Assembly: GCA_027622665.1 (NCBI GenBank)
Contig: JAQBYT010000001.1
Coordinates: forward strand, 320,001 to 384,000
DNA: 64,000 nt
Origin: Verrucomicrobiota bacterium
GTDB taxonomy: Bacteria; Verrucomicrobiota; Verrucomicrobiia; Opitutales; Seribacteraceae
Reading direction: 5' to 3'
The translations under genes were made by a program, and so were the position numbers. Positions within the stretch are counted from its first letter, which is position 1. Every line of letters begins with the position of its first letter. This document shows positions 39,934-49,599 of the stretch, one piece after another. Under the pieces are notes generated by a model, which saw nothing but the letters and a program-made list of their open reading frames with translations, ran no database searches and was not told the DNA's origin.

Positions 39934-41811
39934 ATGAAGAAGATACTTTATACCCAAAAAACTTTGGGCCCTGTCTCAGATTTAGAGCGTCACTTACCAG
40001 CAGAGTGGTGGAAAACATTATTTAATTCTCTTTATCTTAAAACAGATGGTGATGTAGTCGAAAATAATATTAATACTGAATTTGAGGTAGATCTTCTTAT
40101 TGATAAGTTAGATCTAAAAAAAGAAGATAATATTCTTGATTTATGTTGTGGTCAAGGAAGGCATTCTTTGGAGTTGGGTATGCGAGGCTTTAGCAATGTT
40201 TCTGGAATTGATCGATCTCGATATCTCATAAGATTGGCGCGTAAAAGAGCTCAGAAAAATGGTTTATTCATGCGTTTTTCTGAAGGAGATGCTCGTAAAA
40301 TAAGGCTACAAAGTGATACCCATGACTGCGTTTATTTAATGGGCAATTCTTTTGGTTATTTTGAGCAAGATGATGATGACGCCAATGTATTAAAATCAAT
40401 AAAAAGAATTCTTAAATCAAATGGCAAATTAGCTCTTGATATCACAAATGGAGAATTTTTGCGCAATAATTTTGAGCCTCGTTCATGGGAGTGGATTGAT
40501 CAAAATCAATTCGTGTGCCGTGAGCGCTCTCTTTCGGCTGATCAAGACAGAATTATATCTCGTGAAGTAATTGTTCATGCAGAAAAAGGAGTAATAACCG
40601 ATCAATTTTACGCTGAAAGACTTTATGATGAAAATCAGATTCAATCTTTATTGAAAACAGTTGGATTCGAAAATATTTCTGTAGAAAAAGACAACATAAT
40701 TGCCAGCTCAACTAGAGGTCATGATTTAGGCATGATGGCAAATAGGTTATTTATTACAGCCAAAGCTCCTGAGAAAATTATTCTACAAAAAATAACCGCT
40801 AAAAAGCAAGAAGTTTTGGTACTCCTTGGCGATCACACCTTACCGGACTCAATAAAGAAAAACGGAACTTTTAATGAAGAGGATATTGTCACCATCGACA
40901 AACTGAAGGATAATTTGTCTTTGCTGCCAAATCATAATTTCCAATATTTTGGTAATCATCAAAATTTACTCAAATATTTTCAAAATAATAGACCCCAATT
41001 TGTATTTAATTTATGTGATGAGGGATTTAAAAACGATGCTAATATGGAATTACATATTACAGCGATTTTGGAAATGTTTGGCGTGCCTTACAGTGGAAGC
41101 GGTCCATCTACTCTTGCTCTTTGTTACAATAAATCAATTGTTCGAGCGATTGCTAGTGATTTAGATATAGCAGTTCCTCAAGAAGCTTATTATGGTGACA
41201 TGGATCAAGCAGCATCCTTGGCATCCATATTTCCTGCCTTCTTAAAACCAAATTTTGGTGATAGCTCTATTGGCATTACTAGTGAGGCAGTAGTTCATAA
41301 CTCTAAGCAATTTATGAGTTATCTAGATAAATTGAAAAAAGAGTTTCCTAAAACTCCAATATTAATCCAAGAATTTTTGGAAGGAAATGAATATAGCGTT
41401 GGCATTATTGGCAATCCGGGAAATTACCAAATACTTCCAATTTTAGAGGTTAATTATAGTAATTTACCAAAAGATTTACCAAAAATATTGGGTTATGAGT
41501 CAAAATGGCTACCAGAATCTCCTTATTGGAAAAATATCAGCTATAAAGAAGCTACTATTGGTGAAGAAGATAGACGCCAACTAATCGATTACTCAACAAA
41601 GCTTTTTGAACGAACAGGTTGTCGAGATTATGCCAGATTTGATTTTCGTGCTGATAAAGATGGCATAATTAAACTTCTAGAAGTTAACCCTAATCCTGGA
41701 TGGTGCTGGGATGGTAAGCTAAATATTATGGCTGGATATCAAAACACACCTTATAAAGAATTGCTAGAAATGATTATAATGGCAGCAAAAGAAAGGCTCG
41801 GATTAGTTTAG
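39934..41811 (+). CDS. class I SAM methyltransferase fused to D-Ala-D-Ala-ligase-like ATP-grasp domain
   Basis: ILDLCCGQGRH, GIDRS, GDAR, MGNSFGYF; then LEMFGVPYSGS, FLKPNFGDSSIGI, IQEFLEGNEYSVG, DYARFDF, LEVNPNPG. Confidence 0.9.
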   Translation: MKKILYTQKTLGPVSDLERHLPAEWWKTLFNSLYLKTDGDVVENNINTEFEVDLLIDKLDLKKEDNILDLCCGQGRHSLELGMRGFSNVSGIDRSRYLIRLARKRAQKNGLFMRFSEGDARKIRLQSDTHDCVYLMGNSFGYFEQDDDDANVLKSIKRILKSNGKLALDITNGEFLRNNFEPRSWEWIDQNQFVCRERSLSADQDRIISREVIVHAEKGVITDQFYAERLYDENQIQSLLKTVGFENISVEKDNIIASSTRGHDLGMMANRLFITAKAPEKIILQKITAKKQEVLVLLGDHTLPDSIKKNGTFNEEDIVTIDKLKDNLSLLPNHNFQYFGNHQNLLKYFQNNRPQFVFNLCDEGFKNDANMELHITAILEMFGVPYSGSGPSTLALCYNKSIVRAIASDLDIAVPQEAYYGDMDQAASLASIFPAFLKPNFGDSSIGITSEAVVHNSKQFMSYLDKLKKEFPKTPILIQEFLEGNEYSVGIIGNPGNYQILPILEVNYSNLPKDLPKILGYESKWLPESPYWKNISYKEATIGEEDRRQLIDYSTKLFERTGCRDYARFDFRADKDGIIKLLEVNPNPGWCWDGKLNIMAGYQNTPYKELLEMIIMAAKERLGLV

Positions 41812-42218
41812 TCTATGTCAGAGGATAATTATCATATTCGCTCGATTGAAAGTATAGGATCGTTTATACTCCATTGTTTGCTTTTTTCTCTAATTTCGTA
41901 CTTCACGATGGCCACCTTTACACTGTAACTGATGGCGGAGTTTCCTCCTGTTATTCATCCCAAAACGGGCAAAGTCATCTGGCAGTCCCGCATCGGCGGA
42001 GAATATTCAGCATCGCTTCTTTTGTCCAATCGAAATATCTACTGTTTTGACCAAGATGGAACCTGTTTAGTTTTTCAAGCCAACCCAAAGGAGTTTATTC
42101 AGGTTTTTAAATCAGAATTAGACGATGGATTCATGTCCTCTCCTGCAGTTTTTTAAAAATCACTTATTTTGTGAACAAAGACACATCTTTATCGCATTCT
42201 AAAAGAAAGGTTAAATAA

Positions 42219-43031
42219 ATGAATCGATTCCTTTTGTTAATCTCCCTCTGTACAACATTTTTAGTAAGTTGCCAAGATGAGGAATCAACCGCTCGAAAAC
42301 CTTTGACTCCAAATGCGGAAACCATACTTAAATCGGAATACAACACATTGCTGGATAAATATTTCGCAGAAAGTTCAGACTTTAACGAAACCCTAAAGAA
42401 TCTAAAAACCGAAATGCTTGCTGATGCCGAGAGCAGGCAGGCAACAATCAAGGCATTGCAAGCCGATGGCACTCTAAAACAGACGGAAATTTCGTCGTTG
42501 AAAGACTCCCTTGCAGAGAACCAAGCTAAGCTTAACGACTGCAATGAGATTGGCGTTGCTCTTCGTGCTGAATTAAAAGGGGCGAAAATTCTTGGAGCAT
42601 CCGAATATGCAGACATCTTTGAACGCTCTGGAAATATTTCACACGAAGAATCTATCGGGAACTATGAAATTTTTCTAGAAAAATATCCCACTGGTTCAGT
42701 CGCTCAAAAAGCTCAATCAAGAATTAATCACCATAAGAGACAAATGGTTATTACAAAAAACCGAACATTTGCACGGCCGCTTCGCATTTGGCAAAGTCGT
42801 TTTCAGGCTGCCCGCCTGTCCTCCTCCACCCAAGCTCGCTCAGCTCTAGAATCCCTAATCGGACGAAAGGCTGACTCCGCCAAAAGAGGGTCCTCGTCCG
42901 AATTTAAGGAAATCACTTATTTTTGGCGAGATTACGCGTCCGACCTTTCGGGTGGATTTAGAGACCTCGTAGTCGAAACAGTAGACGACAAAATCACTAA
43001 GGTCTACTCTGGTGAAACGCTCAATAAGTAA
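42219..43031 (+). CDS. lipoprotein, coiled-coil, unknown function
   Basis: Lipobox LVSC; helical heptads; YEIFLEKYPTG motif. Confidence 0.8.
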   Translation: MNRFLLLISLCTTFLVSCQDEESTARKPLTPNAETILKSEYNTLLDKYFAESSDFNETLKNLKTEMLADAESRQATIKALQADGTLKQTEISSLKDSLAENQAKLNDCNEIGVALRAELKGAKILGASEYADIFERSGNISHEESIGNYEIFLEKYPTGSVAQKAQSRINHHKRQMVITKNRTFARPLRIWQSRFQAARLSSSTQARSALESLIGRKADSAKRGSSSEFKEITYFWRDYASDLSGGFRDLVVETVDDKITKVYSGETLNK

Positions 43032-43037
43032 CAATTA

Positions 43038-44354
43038 ATGCCTTCACAGGCCGTATCCGACTCCCGCCGCCTGAGCCAGCTCACGGTCACGGGTCTCGTC
43101 GTGGCAAGCATGATAGGCACGGGAGTGTACACCTCCCTAGGGTACCAAGCGGACGCCCTTTCCTCGACGACCTCGTTGCTCGTTCTCTGGATCGTCGGAG
43201 GCATTCACGCTCTTTGCGGTGCTTTTTGCTACGCCGAACTCTCTGCCGCCTATCCGCGTTCGGGCGGAGAATATCACCTTCTTTCAAAGATTTACCACCC
43301 ATTTCTAGGTTTTCTCGCTGGCTGGGTCTCCGTTACAGTGAGTTTTGCAGCTCCTATCGCACTCGCCGCCATCGCTTTTGATACTTATGCTGCTCCATTG
43401 CTACCCTCCGTGCCGACTGGCGGACTCGCCTGTCTCCTAATTTGCTTCATGACCATCGTCCACTGCCGTGGCGTTCGAACCGGTGCCCGAGCTCAAGACT
43501 GGCTCACGGGAGTGAAACTCCTCCTTCTTTCTGGCTTCATTATTGCAGGCTTTCTCGTTCCTGTCGAAGAAGCAAACTCATCCACTCCCGGCACCCTCGA
43601 TTTTTCCGAACTCCTCGGAGGTGGGTTTGCTGTGTCGCTGGTATATGTTTCCTATTCTTTCACGGGTTGGAATGCCGCCGTATATGTGGCTGGAGAAACT
43701 CGCAATCCCTCTCGCACGCTACCCATCGCCCTCCTTTCCGGAGTAGCCGTGGTGACTGTCCTTTATCTTTCACTGAACTATATCTTTCTTCGCGTAACTC
43801 CCCTCGAGGAAATTCGGGCCCTCGAAAACAAGGAGGGAGTTGCGGCCCTCGGGGCACAACATGTCTTCGGAAATCTCGGCGGTAATTGGCTCCGAGCTAT
43901 CATCGCCGCAGGGCTTTTCTCTACGGTGGGGGCACTCATATTGACAGGTTCTCGCATCGCCACGTCAATCGGGGAAGATTATCCAGTCTTCGGCTTTCTC
44001 GCCAAACGCAACCAGCGAGGTGCTCCAATTCGTGCACTGCTTTTGCTGGGAGGCGTGGCCCTTGCCCTAGTGGTTACCTCTTCATTTGAAGCTGTACTCG
44101 TATATATCGAATTCATAACGCTGATATTCACTTTCATGACAGCTGCAGGCGTCTTCGTACTCCGAAGGAAGGCAGTTAAGGAAACAAGCCCATTCCGCAT
44201 GCCCTTTTTCCCAATAACTCCATTCATCTACCTCGGAATTACCGCCTGGATAATCTGGCATGTACTGACCGAACGACCCGTGCAAGCTCTCGCGGGATTG
44301 GGAACTTTGGCCATTGGCTGTATGGTCTATGTTTTATGTTGCAACAAGAAATGA
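43038..44354 (+). CDS. APC-family amino acid permease
   Basis: [35 protein letters not shown]; ~12 TM helices. Confidence 0.93.
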   Translation: MPSQAVSDSRRLSQLTVTGLVVASMIGTGVYTSLGYQADALSSTTSLLVLWIVGGIHALCGAFCYAELSAAYPRSGGEYHLLSKIYHPFLGFLAGWVSVTVSFAAPIALAAIAFDTYAAPLLPSVPTGGLACLLICFMTIVHCRGVRTGARAQDWLTGVKLLLLSGFIIAGFLVPVEEANSSTPGTLDFSELLGGGFAVSLVYVSYSFTGWNAAVYVAGETRNPSRTLPIALLSGVAVVTVLYLSLNYIFLRVTPLEEIRALENKEGVAALGAQHVFGNLGGNWLRAIIAAGLFSTVGALILTGSRIATSIGEDYPVFGFLAKRNQRGAPIRALLLLGGVALALVVTSSFEAVLVYIEFITLIFTFMTAAGVFVLRRKAVKETSPFRMPFFPITPFIYLGITAWIIWHVLTERPVQALAGLGTLAIGCMVYVLCCNKK

Positions 44355-45229
44355 ATTTGTTCCAACGCGGTTATCATAGAAAAAGAATGCAGTCCAATTC
44401 ATCGGCTTTATCATATTCTAGCCAAAAACGGATTTAGTGAGCTTTCGGCAAAGCAAAACAGAATTCCATTAGGGTTATGCAGGCGTAAGATAAATAAATG
44501 CTAATCGATAAAGTGCTGAATCCAACAAATCGGAAAATAGGTTCAGCCATCAGAAGACTTTTGGTGAATAGAAATCTATTGTGACCTTACCAAATAAGTT
44601 CGATGTTTGGTGCGGTTTCTCAATAGTTCTATCCGGGCATTAAATAGCACTTTAAAAGATGCGTCTTTAAAACAAGAAACATCACAATTACAAGGTAGTG
44701 ATTATATATACTTTTATCGTGATCGTTTTATAAAACACGACCTTATCAAAAGCAGAAGGATCTAGTCATTTTACCCTAAATTTATTACCGCACACTAAAA
44801 CAATAAAGGTTTTGTTACATCCGACAAATATAGAGTGACTAATAATTGCGATAATCGAATTAATATATACCGTTGAAAACCAGAGACGATTCCGCACCTA
44901 CCGTCGTTGGTAAATAACAAATGCATAAGCTTGCAAAAGCGATGACGGGAGAGTAAACATGCCCACCGTAAACAAGACTTTGTCAAAGACGCTTTTACTT
45001 ATTTTGTTCGACAACCATCCGAGTTGGTTCCACTACTCCCGACAACAGGCCGAACTCGCAGTCTTTAGACAAATAAAGGCTTATCGCTGGAAAAACTCTT
45101 CGGTGTGGTTCGCGTAACTGTCATTGGGTTTTCATTTGCTGCTTTTTCTGATTTGCATGTCTCAGCATTCAAGTAATTGTTTTGATCTTTCAAACCAATG
45201 ACCTTCCTCACTACATTCTCCTGATTCAC

Positions 45230-47134
45230 ATGAACAAAAATATAAAGGAATCCACACAACTTGAACTCATTTCGACTACCATCTGCTCCTCTTCGGCGGA
45301 TGGTTCCGTACTTGTGGCTCGCGAAATCTCCGACTTGATCCGTTCACGAAATACTGACGGGCAACACACCGTACTAGGGCTCGCAACAGGTTCCACGCCA
45401 ATAGGCGTTTACCGTGAACTGGTACGTCTCCACAAGGATGAGGGGCTTAGTTTTAAGAAAGTACTGACATTTAATCTAGACGAATACCAAGGGCTTGAAC
45501 CAGAGCATCCAGAAAGCTATGCCGCCTTCATGGATCGTCACCTTTTTTCTCTTATAGACATCCCCGCAGATGCCGCGGTAGTCCCTAACGGTAAGGTTCC
45601 GCGAGAAGATGTTTTCGCTTATTGCAAGGCGTACGAGGATCGCATTTTGGAGGCTGGCGGTATTGATATTCAAGTTCTGGGGATAGGCCGAACGGGGCAC
45701 ATTGGCTTCAACGAACCCGGTTCCGTTCGCGACTCCCGTACGCGACTGGTACATCTTGACTCATTAACGCGCAAGGATGCCGCTCGAGATTTTCTTGGTG
45801 AAGAAAATGTCCCGCGCTACGCAATTACAATGGGTGTGGGCACAATTCTGGATGCCAGAAAAATAATCCTTCTTGCATGGGGTGACTCTAAGGCCGAGGT
45901 TTTCGCAAAAGCAGTCGAGAAACCTGTGTCGGATGCCCTCCCGGCAAGTTTCTTGCAAGAACACAAAGACATTTGGGCATTCGCCGATGAGGCGGCGGCT
46001 GGGGAATTGACGCGCAAGAAGAACCCTTGGCTAGTTGGCCCTGTGGAATGGACCGACCAGACAACCCGACGATCAGTTGCTTGGCTTTCTTCTCTCCTCG
46101 GGAAGCCTATTCTGAAACTGTTAGATGAGGATTACAGCGAACACGGACTCGCCGACCTTCTCACCGAGCGAGGTTCGGCATATGAATTGAATATTCGAGT
46201 TTTTAATGAGGTTCAACATACCATCACCGGCTGGCCGGGAGGGAAGCCCAACGCAGACGACTCCTATCGGCCTGAACGTGCAGAACCCCACCCGAAACGC
46301 GTACTTGCCCTTGCCCCGGACCCCCAGGATGGTGCGTTGGGGCTAGGGGGCACCCTGCACAGGCTCGTCGATCAAGGGCACGAAGTAACGGTTGCCTACC
46401 TGACTTCGGGCAACTTGTCTGTTCCTGACGGCGAAGTACAAAAAGCGGTCGATATCATGCTGGATTTGGATGAGTCAGATTCTTCCGAAAAAGCGACCTT
46501 TGCCCTTCAGGTCAATGCTGACCTAGGAGGAAGAAGCGCTTTAGGAGAAGACTCCCCAGCAATACGAAAGCTCAAGGGGCTTATCCGGCGAGGCGAGGCG
46601 AGGGCGGCAATGGAAATTTGTGGTGTGAATTCTTCCCAAATTCGTTTTCTCAATTTGCCATTTTACGAAAACGGCCGTTTTCGCAGTTTTGAGCCTCGGG
46701 AAGAAGACATCGCCCTCGTACGAAACCTCATAGAACAAATTCAGCCTCACCAAATTTATGTTACCGGAGTCTTGTCTGAACCAACGACCGTGCAATCAGT
46801 TTGTTATTCCTGTTTTCAAAAGGCCTTCGAGCTCCTGCGGGAAGAGGACTGGACGAAAGATTGTCGTTGCTGGAGTTATCGAGGTGACGAACGAGAATGG
46901 TCTGTGGAGGCTATCGATATGGCGGTCCCCTTAAGCCCTGATGAGTTGGCCAACAAGGTAAAGGGGATTTACCAGCATCGTTCTCAGCGAAGCCAGACTC
47001 CCGTCACGGGACGAACCTCTCTTGAGGCATGGCAACTAGCAGAAGCCGCTGATCGAAGACTGGCTGAAACCTACGACCATCTCGGTCTCGCCGAATACGA
47101 AGCCATCGAAGCTTTTTCTCGGTGTTACCCTTGA
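45230..47134 (+). CDS. nagB: glucosamine-6-phosphate deaminase, long form with C-terminal PIG-L-like domain
   Basis: LGLATGSTP, FNLDEY, LGIGRTGHIGFNEPGS, ITMGVG; HTITGWPGGKP linker. Confidence 0.93.
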   Translation: MNKNIKESTQLELISTTICSSSADGSVLVAREISDLIRSRNTDGQHTVLGLATGSTPIGVYRELVRLHKDEGLSFKKVLTFNLDEYQGLEPEHPESYAAFMDRHLFSLIDIPADAAVVPNGKVPREDVFAYCKAYEDRILEAGGIDIQVLGIGRTGHIGFNEPGSVRDSRTRLVHLDSLTRKDAARDFLGEENVPRYAITMGVGTILDARKIILLAWGDSKAEVFAKAVEKPVSDALPASFLQEHKDIWAFADEAAAGELTRKKNPWLVGPVEWTDQTTRRSVAWLSSLLGKPILKLLDEDYSEHGLADLLTERGSAYELNIRVFNEVQHTITGWPGGKPNADDSYRPERAEPHPKRVLALAPDPQDGALGLGGTLHRLVDQGHEVTVAYLTSGNLSVPDGEVQKAVDIMLDLDESDSSEKATFALQVNADLGGRSALGEDSPAIRKLKGLIRRGEARAAMEICGVNSSQIRFLNLPFYENGRFRSFEPREEDIALVRNLIEQIQPHQIYVTGVLSEPTTVQSVCYSCFQKAFELLREEDWTKDCRCWSYRGDEREWSVEAIDMAVPLSPDELANKVKGIYQHRSQRSQTPVTGRTSLEAWQLAEAADRRLAETYDHLGLAEYEAIEAFSRCYP

Positions 47135-47208
47135 TTTCGAAAAGGGTAAAGTCGATCGTTGACCAATTGCCGTAAATTTGAATGCTTTGGTTGGCTTTCA
47201 AAAAAAGC

Positions 47209-48300
47209 ATGAATTATTTACCCGACGAAGTCGGCCAATTATTTTGTCTCGAGGGATGCCCAACATCCACAGTTCCTCATGGCAATGGAAACGTTAACGA
47301 CACTTTTTTGCTTTCATGTGAAAAGGGTGGAGTCGTAACTCGATACACCGTTCAACGCATCAACCACGAGGTCTTCAAGAACCCTGAAGGCCTTATGGAA
47401 AATTTCGCACGAGTAACTGAACACCTTGGCCAAAAGCTCTCCGTCGAAAATTCGCCACGCCGCAGTCTGCGGTTGGTTCACTCTCAAGACGGCAAACCTT
47501 TTGTACGGGACTCCTGCGGTAATTACTGGAGAATGATGGAATACATAGATGGCGGAGAATCGGCAGAAATTCCGGAAAGCCCACGCCAAGCGTATCAGGC
47601 GGCCAAAGCTTTCGGAGAATTTCAAGCGCAACTTGCCGACCTTCCCGGCTCCCCCCTCATTCAAACTATTCCCGACTTCCACAACACTCGCAAACGCTTC
47701 GATGACTTTCGCAGGGTTGTGACTGAAGATCCCGTTGAGAAAACCAACGAAGTTCGCGATCTAATAACTTTTGCAATAACTCGAGAGTCTTTGGCCGACG
47801 CCATCAATGAGGAAAAGTTTCCCGTTCGCATTGTCCACAACGACACAAAGCTTAACAATGTTTTGCTCGATAAGAAAACCGGCGAGGGAATCTGTGTCGT
47901 CGATCTCGACACCGTTATGCCCGGTTGTGCATTACACGATTTCGGTGATCTTGTAAGGACGGCAGCTTGCTCCGCTCAGGAAGATGAGCCTGACCTTAAC
48001 AGAATTCAATTTTTGCCCGAAATCTTCGAGGCTCTTGTTGAGGGATACCTTGACGCGACCAAATGTTTTCTCAGTCCCCTGGAAGTCGATCACTTGGCCA
48101 TCGCCCCACAAGTCCTTACCTACGAATTGGCTTTGCGTTTTCTCGCAGACTTCCTAGAAGGCGATATCTACTTCAAAGTAAAACGACCCGAGCACAATCT
48201 CCAACGAGCTCGTGCTCAGTTCAGGCTTCTTGCTTCGATGGAAGAACATGCTTCCGAGATGGAATCCATCGTGGAAAAGTTTGCCGGCGCCGTGAAGTAG
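47209..48300 (+). CDS. APH-like phosphotransferase (N-acetylhexosamine 1-kinase-like)
   Basis: GNGNVNDT, QRINHEVF, TIPDFHNT, HNDTKLNN, VDLDTVMPG, DFGD. Confidence 0.85.
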   Translation: MNYLPDEVGQLFCLEGCPTSTVPHGNGNVNDTFLLSCEKGGVVTRYTVQRINHEVFKNPEGLMENFARVTEHLGQKLSVENSPRRSLRLVHSQDGKPFVRDSCGNYWRMMEYIDGGESAEIPESPRQAYQAAKAFGEFQAQLADLPGSPLIQTIPDFHNTRKRFDDFRRVVTEDPVEKTNEVRDLITFAITRESLADAINEEKFPVRIVHNDTKLNNVLLDKKTGEGICVVDLDTVMPGCALHDFGDLVRTAACSAQEDEPDLNRIQFLPEIFEALVEGYLDATKCFLSPLEVDHLAIAPQVLTYELALRFLADFLEGDIYFKVKRPEHNLQRARAQFRLLASMEEHASEMESIVEKFAGAVK

Positions 48301-48336
48301 CGGATCCGGGCAAAGCACCCCCCATTTACAAGCCTG

Positions 48337-49599
48337 CTACAATTCCTCCTCATAGGCTCGCCGCAGCAATCCGGCTAGGTGAATAACCTGAGGGGTTTGG
48401 CCACTGCCATTCATGCAAGACCGCACTTGCATGATGCACCCAATATTCCCGGACACGATCCAATCCGGTTTAGTCTTCAATAAGTTACTTACTTTGCGTT
48501 TGCCCAAGTTGGCTGCAATTTTTGGTTGGTCGATGTTGTAACTTCCTGCAGAACCGCAGCATATATCGGGTTCTTCTGCTTCCAGAAGTTCCACGCCGGG
48601 TATCGCCCGCAGCAATCGTCGAGGTGGCTCCGTTACTCCTTGTGCGTGACGCAAATGACAAGCGTCTTGATAAACAACTCTAGGCACACCTTTCGTGCGG
48701 GGCGGAGTCTCCAAGCCCAGTTGGTCCAGAATCTCACTGAAATCGACAACCTTGCCGGCAAAAGACTTTGCCGCTGATTCTTCGGTCGATCCTTTCAGAA
48801 TTAGAGGATATTCCTTCAAACCGGAACCGCAGCCGGCAGCGTTGGTCAAAATGGCATCCACATCATCAGGAAAGGCCTCAAGGTTTTTCCGGGCAAACCT
48901 ACGGGCATGCTCCCCGGCTCCAACATGCCAACCGAGCGCACCGCAGCAAGTTTGGCCGCGAGGAATCATCACCTCGACTCCGTTACGAACCAATACGGCG
49001 ATCGTATCATCGTTAATTTTGGGATCCATTACCTGCTGCGCACACCCGACAAGCAAAGCGACGCGAGCTCTTGGCGTCCCCATTGGCTTTACCACTTCTG
49101 GCAACTTGATTGCACTCGGCAACGTTTTTGGCAGCAAGGCCAACATGGAGCGCACAAAATCAGGCAAAAGCCGACCGAATGGCCTAGCCAGCATGCCCAC
49201 CGTGGCGGCAATTCGAAACCTGCCCGGCCAAGGCAAAATGGACAGTAATGCTTTTCGCTTCAGCTTTTCCGCGACACTTCGCCTGCTTTCCGTTTCTGCT
49301 TTTTCCCGAAAGGGACCAAGCAGGTTACGGTATTCAACCCCAGAAGGGCAGGATGTCTCGCAAGCCAAACAACCAAGGCAACGGTCTAAATGTGGGAGCA
49401 CCTGCTCGGTTGGCAATTTACCTTCCAATGCTTCTTTCATCAGTATGATGCGACCTCGCGGCGTATCCATTTCTTGGCCAAGTTCCGCGTAGGTTGGGCA
49501 AGTAGGAAGGCAAAATCCGCAATGTACACACGATTGAACCGCTTCCGCCATCAAAGGTCCGGCTGGCCCTAATTTATCGACGGGAATGCTGTGCTTCAT
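48337..49599 (-). CDS. glcF: glycolate oxidase iron-sulfur subunit
   Basis: CVHCGFCLPTCPTY, CLGCLACETSCPSGV, two CCG domains. Confidence 0.92.
   Translation of the reverse strand: MKHSIPVDKLGPAGPLMAEAVQSCVHCGFCLPTCPTYAELGQEMDTPRGRIILMKEALEGKLPTEQVLPHLDRCLGCLACETSCPSGVEYRNLLGPFREKAETESRRSVAEKLKRKALLSILPWPGRFRIAATVGMLARPFGRLLPDFVRSMLALLPKTLPSAIKLPEVVKPMGTPRARVALLVGCAQQVMDPKINDDTIAVLVRNGVEVMIPRGQTCCGALGWHVGAGEHARRFARKNLEAFPDDVDAILTNAAGCGSGLKEYPLILKGSTEESAAKSFAGKVVDFSEILDQLGLETPPRTKGVPRVVYQDACHLRHAQGVTEPPRRLLRAIPGVELLEAEEPDICCGSAGSYNIDQPKIAANLGKRKVSNLLKTKPDWIVSGNIGCIMQVRSCMNGSGQTPQVIHLAGLLRRAYEEEL

Larger units (their letters stand above)
39573..41896. mobile_element. AT-rich horizontally acquired cassette without mobility genes
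   Basis: Abrupt drop to roughly 30-35% GC by eye; boundaries coincide with the interruption of the beta-propeller gene. Confidence 0.75.
38644..42222 (+). pseudogene. PQQ-like beta-propeller (BamB-like) gene, split by an insertion and decayed
   Basis: WPDYRGP..GWSSPV..ASPSP; +1 frameshift near 39067; breaks after GDVTDTH (39572); resumes ~41898 VLHDGHLYTVTDGG; +1 frameshift ~41951; stops at 42154 (TAA) and 42172 (TGA); original stop at 42220-42222. Confidence 0.88.

Noticed and set aside
42172..42174. Selenocysteine TGA
   Set aside because: Position corresponds to Arg (CGA to TGA) in a decayed pseudogene downstream of a TAA.
44805..44990. IS66 transposase remnant (GFVTSDKY...AHRKQDF)
   Set aside because: Spacing too long for the IS66 motif pair, no terminal repeats, weak similarity.
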